DNA of 64,000 nt from Macrostomum hystrix (taxonomy: Eukaryota > Animalia > Platyhelminthes). The notes beneath the pieces are model-generated. The model saw nothing but the letters and a program-made list of their open reading frames with translations, was not told where the DNA came from and made no database searches. How positions within the stretch are numbered: position 1 is the first letter of the stretch; each line of letters opens with the position of its first letter. The stretch spans positions 62,001-126,000 of the forward strand of contig CATNEN010000030.1 in NCBI GenBank assembly GCA_950097015.1, read 5' to 3'. Positions 60,957-64,000 of this stretch are shown piece by piece. The translations under genes were made by a program, and so were the position numbers.

Positions 60957-62798
60957 ATGGGCAGCAACGGTGGCGCCGCCCTCTCAGAGGCCAGGCAGCT
61001 TCGCCGCCAGCTTGCTGACTCTCGAGCCGCATTGGCCAGAGCCAGCGGCGAATTGTTCGATCAGCGCCAGCGGGCTGGCGAGCTGGAGCGCGAGCTGAGC
61101 CGCGTTACCACCGTGCTGGCGCGCAGCCAACGAGCTGGCCAGCTCGACAGCCTTCTGGCTGACAACGAGCGCCTGCGCTGCCGAGCTGTCAACGCCGAGG
61201 ACGACTTTCGCGACCAGTACGACACCCTAATGACGGAGTTTGCCGATCTGCTAACCGAAAATGAACGCCTGCAGGCTCAGCTGGAGGCCTACAGATCAGG
61301 CGGGGTGCAGGCTGGGGAAGAGTCGGAGCGGGACTACTGGCAGCAGCGGGCCGAGACTCTGCAGGTGTGAATCTGGGATTCACGTTTTCATTTTTTGTTG
61401 ACCAGCTTCTGGTAATTCCTTTCGTTATTTAATGCCCAATCCCTATTAGTTGTAGTTATTGTAGCTCATTGGTTAGAGCTGAGCTTCGGGCTTGTGACTG
61501 AAATATCAGGAGGTCGTATTACAGCACGAATTAATACAATTTGCCTAATTGAACTCTGTCATTCCTTTATTTCACTAAGTTGTGAAGCGGGTACCAGCTG
61601 GTGTGGGAATTCGGGTGGGCCAGTCCATGGACTGAACAGAGCTGTACGCAGCCTTTGGAAGCGCCGCTCAACAGCTTCTGTTGTCCCAGTACTGGCTGTG
61701 TATCTGGTTCATCTGGAAATTGTTGCCACTATTGGAAATAGTGGTTAGAGCGTCGGACTCGCGACTTGTAGGTCAGAGGTTCGATTCCTGACTCAATGGA
61801 ATAATTTATGACTTTTAGCTTCAGTATACCCAGCTGTTTAATGGGTACCGACATTAGCTAGACTGAATAGACTGAATAGCCGAACGCAGCCTTCAGATGC
61901 GCAGTGTAATAGTTGTGGCTGCACATCTGGTGTGATTGAATATTTATATTTATACAAGTAGTTTTTCTTCTTAGTTTTGAAAATCTAAGGCAGAGAAGAG
62001 ATTGGATGATACGAGACCCATTAGGGATATAGGGGATATAGCAAGATATAGGGAAGAGACAAGACATAGGAGAGATTGACACTGGATGGGGATACATTTT
62101 AATGGCATCAGTAGCTTTTCGCGCCATATCGGGTTGGCACAGGTAAATGCCCCAGACTAGCGTGGTAAGTAAGCGGCAGGAGTAACTAGGGCTTGGACTT
62201 CTTAGCCAAGTGCCTCGTCATGTAATTAGTAAAACAAACAGTTGCTATCCAAACCCAGAAACTTACATCCGCAACAGAATTGATGAAGACTTGCAGATTC
62301 TAATGCTTAGACTACCCCTAACCGTTAGGAAGCTCACGAATCAGCTCACGAATCAGCTCATACAATAGCTCATACATCAGGTCGCAACGTCCGCACCTTT
62401 CACAGGCGGAGCTCAGCCAGTTGAAGTTGGATCGTCAGCAGCAGCGCCAGCTGGCCGATCAGCAGCTACTGGAGGCCAACGCCCGCCTTAGCGAACAAGT
62501 TCAACTACTCGAAGCTGCTAATTCGGCCATGTCAGACGAGCTGGCGCAGAAGGCGGCCCTAGTCAACCGCTGTCTGCCAGTCGACGACGCCTCCGACTCT
62601 CAGTCACAGTCCCAGGGTCACTCCGCTCGAAGCCTGCGAGACATTGCAGAAGAGCTGGCGCTAAAGAATGTACACCTGGAGGCCGCTGTTGAACGGCTAG
62701 CCCTGGAGCTGCAGGAACTGCAGCAGCAGCAGCGGACTGACAGCTCCGTTCAGAATCCCGTGGTGTCTTCAGGTACAGGTGCAAATCGAACAGTTTGA
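60957..62798 (+). CDS. GRIPAP1: GRIP1-associated protein 1 (GRASP-1)-like, shortened, ~266 aa. Exons 60957-61364, 62406-62798 (possible extra donor at 62773)
   Basis: Exon 1 LDSLLADNERL...AEDDFRDQYDTLMTEFADL resembles the recalled N-terminus (VLLSENEML...QEEDFRLQNSTLMAEFSKL). Exon 2 LSEQVQLLEAANSAMSDELAQKAALV and EELALKNVHLEAAVERL resemble the C-terminus. Phase-0 GT-AG intron. Confidence 0.72.
61465..61720 (+). mobile_element. tRNA-derived SINE S3 (degenerate) in the GRIPAP1 intron
   Basis: GTAGCTCATTGGTTAGAG A-box; body CAGTCCATGGACTG...AGCTGTACGCAGCCTTTGGAAGCGCCGC. Fragments also at ~8150-8210 (+) and ~62860-62910 (-). Confidence 0.6.
61735..61880 (+). mobile_element. tRNA-derived SINE S2 (CORE-like), with a short (GACTGAATA) tail repeat
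   Basis: AGTGGTTAGAGCGTCGGACT...GGTTCGATTCCTG...GCTTCAGTATACCCAGCTGTTTAATGGGTACC. Confidence 0.7.
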
Positions 62799-63633
62799 CC
62801 TCCAAACTAAACAGAGATATTTGAAAGAAGATAGATTGTACAGCTAGTGGCACAGCCCCAGCCAATTTTCAGTCCATGGACTGGGGGGTTAGGGCGCCAC
62901 ACCCGCACAAATATCTGATTCACCAGCTAAACCCCGGAATGAGATTTGAACTTGAGATCTATTATTAAAGCAAAGTATTATTAATGACAGTGGTGTCACA
63001 AGCCACTTGCCTTATCTGCCTGGTATCTGTTCTAGTTTTTGTCCTAAACCCAACTACTTTAACCTAAACTATATTATTTAAGTAACTTTTACAAAACAAT
63101 ATGAAGGATTGTAAAAACAAATGCTACTACTTTTAGTAATATCGCATGATTTAGACAACAATATCATTGTTGCCTTAAATATTTTTGTAGTCAATTTTTT
63201 ACTCGAACTAGCATATTTATAAGTTGCAACGAATACTTACGACAAGATATATTCTCTCTCTGCTTGGATACTACTTAATACCTTTGTACTTCCAGCATTC
63301 CAACCGTATGACTTCACTTGGCATGACTTTGAGCTCACAAATTGACGCATTGGCTTGTTTTTTGTTTTATTTGACTACAGCTTTTTAGCCAGTTATGTCT
63401 ACCATAAATTACATGTACATACAAGGCATGCTCCTTTTTGTTTTCCAGTTTTCCTCTCATGTTATTTTCGCTAGCCAAATAATAAATCAATAAGTGGTTT
63501 TGTAGCACAATCATGTTAGTTTGTCCAAACTATATTGAAAAAACTAAGAAAATAGTTTCCTTCTCATTTTGCTTTGTCAAAACTCCAACTTGAATGTTTT
63601 ATGAGATTAATCTCATTTTAATCTCTCTAACAC

Positions 63634-64000
63634 CAGTTAACTGACTGCTCACTCCTATCTCAGATCCTCAGTTAACTGACTGCTCACTCCAATCTCAGAT
63701 CCTCAGTTAACTGACTGCTCACTCCAATCTCAGATCCTCAGTTAACTGACTGCTCACTCCTATCTCAGATCCTCAGTTAACTGACTGCTCACTCCAATCT
63801 CAGATCCCCAGTTAACTGACTGCTCACTCCAATCTCAGATCCTCAGTTAACTGACTGCTCACTCCAATCTCAGATCCTCAGTTAACTGACTGCTCACTCC
63901 AATCTCAGATCCCCAGTTAACTGACTGCTCACTCCAATCTCAGATCCTCAGTTAACTGACTGCTCACTCCAATCTCAGATCCTCAGTTAACTGACTGCTC
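63634..64000. repeat. 35-bp minisatellite (CAGTTAACTGACTGCTCACTCCAATCTCAGATCCT)n, runs off the window end
   Basis: Units at 63669, 63704; each contains the palindrome CAGTTAACTG. Confidence 0.95.

Overview
Eukaryotic, intron-rich animal DNA with GC-rich exons, AT-rich spacers and GT-AG introns packed with minisatellites. The style is most consistent with a free-living flatworm such as Macrostomum, but that is inference only. Exons reconstructed by hand give: the 3' part of CFAP44/WDR52 (+, 12 exons); an orphan two-TM protein (-); a head-to-head inverted pair of KLHDC3-like genes with an apparently identical ~1.4-kb core but diverged 5' and 3' exons; naked cuticle (+); engrailed (-, 4 exons); CACUL1 (-, intron 2 holds a ~5.9-kb 23-bp satellite); and a drastically shortened GRIPAP1/GRASP-1 (+). 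Non-coding content includes a minimal Penelope-type hammerhead ribozyme, three tRNA-derived SINE families (one CORE-like), a TTAA-flanked MITE family, a MITE with 35-bp TIRs, a 12-unit array of tRNA B-boxes upstream of engrailed, and about 20 minisatellites. Most long ORFs in the supplied track are satellite artefacts. All homology calls come from recalled motifs, not database searches.
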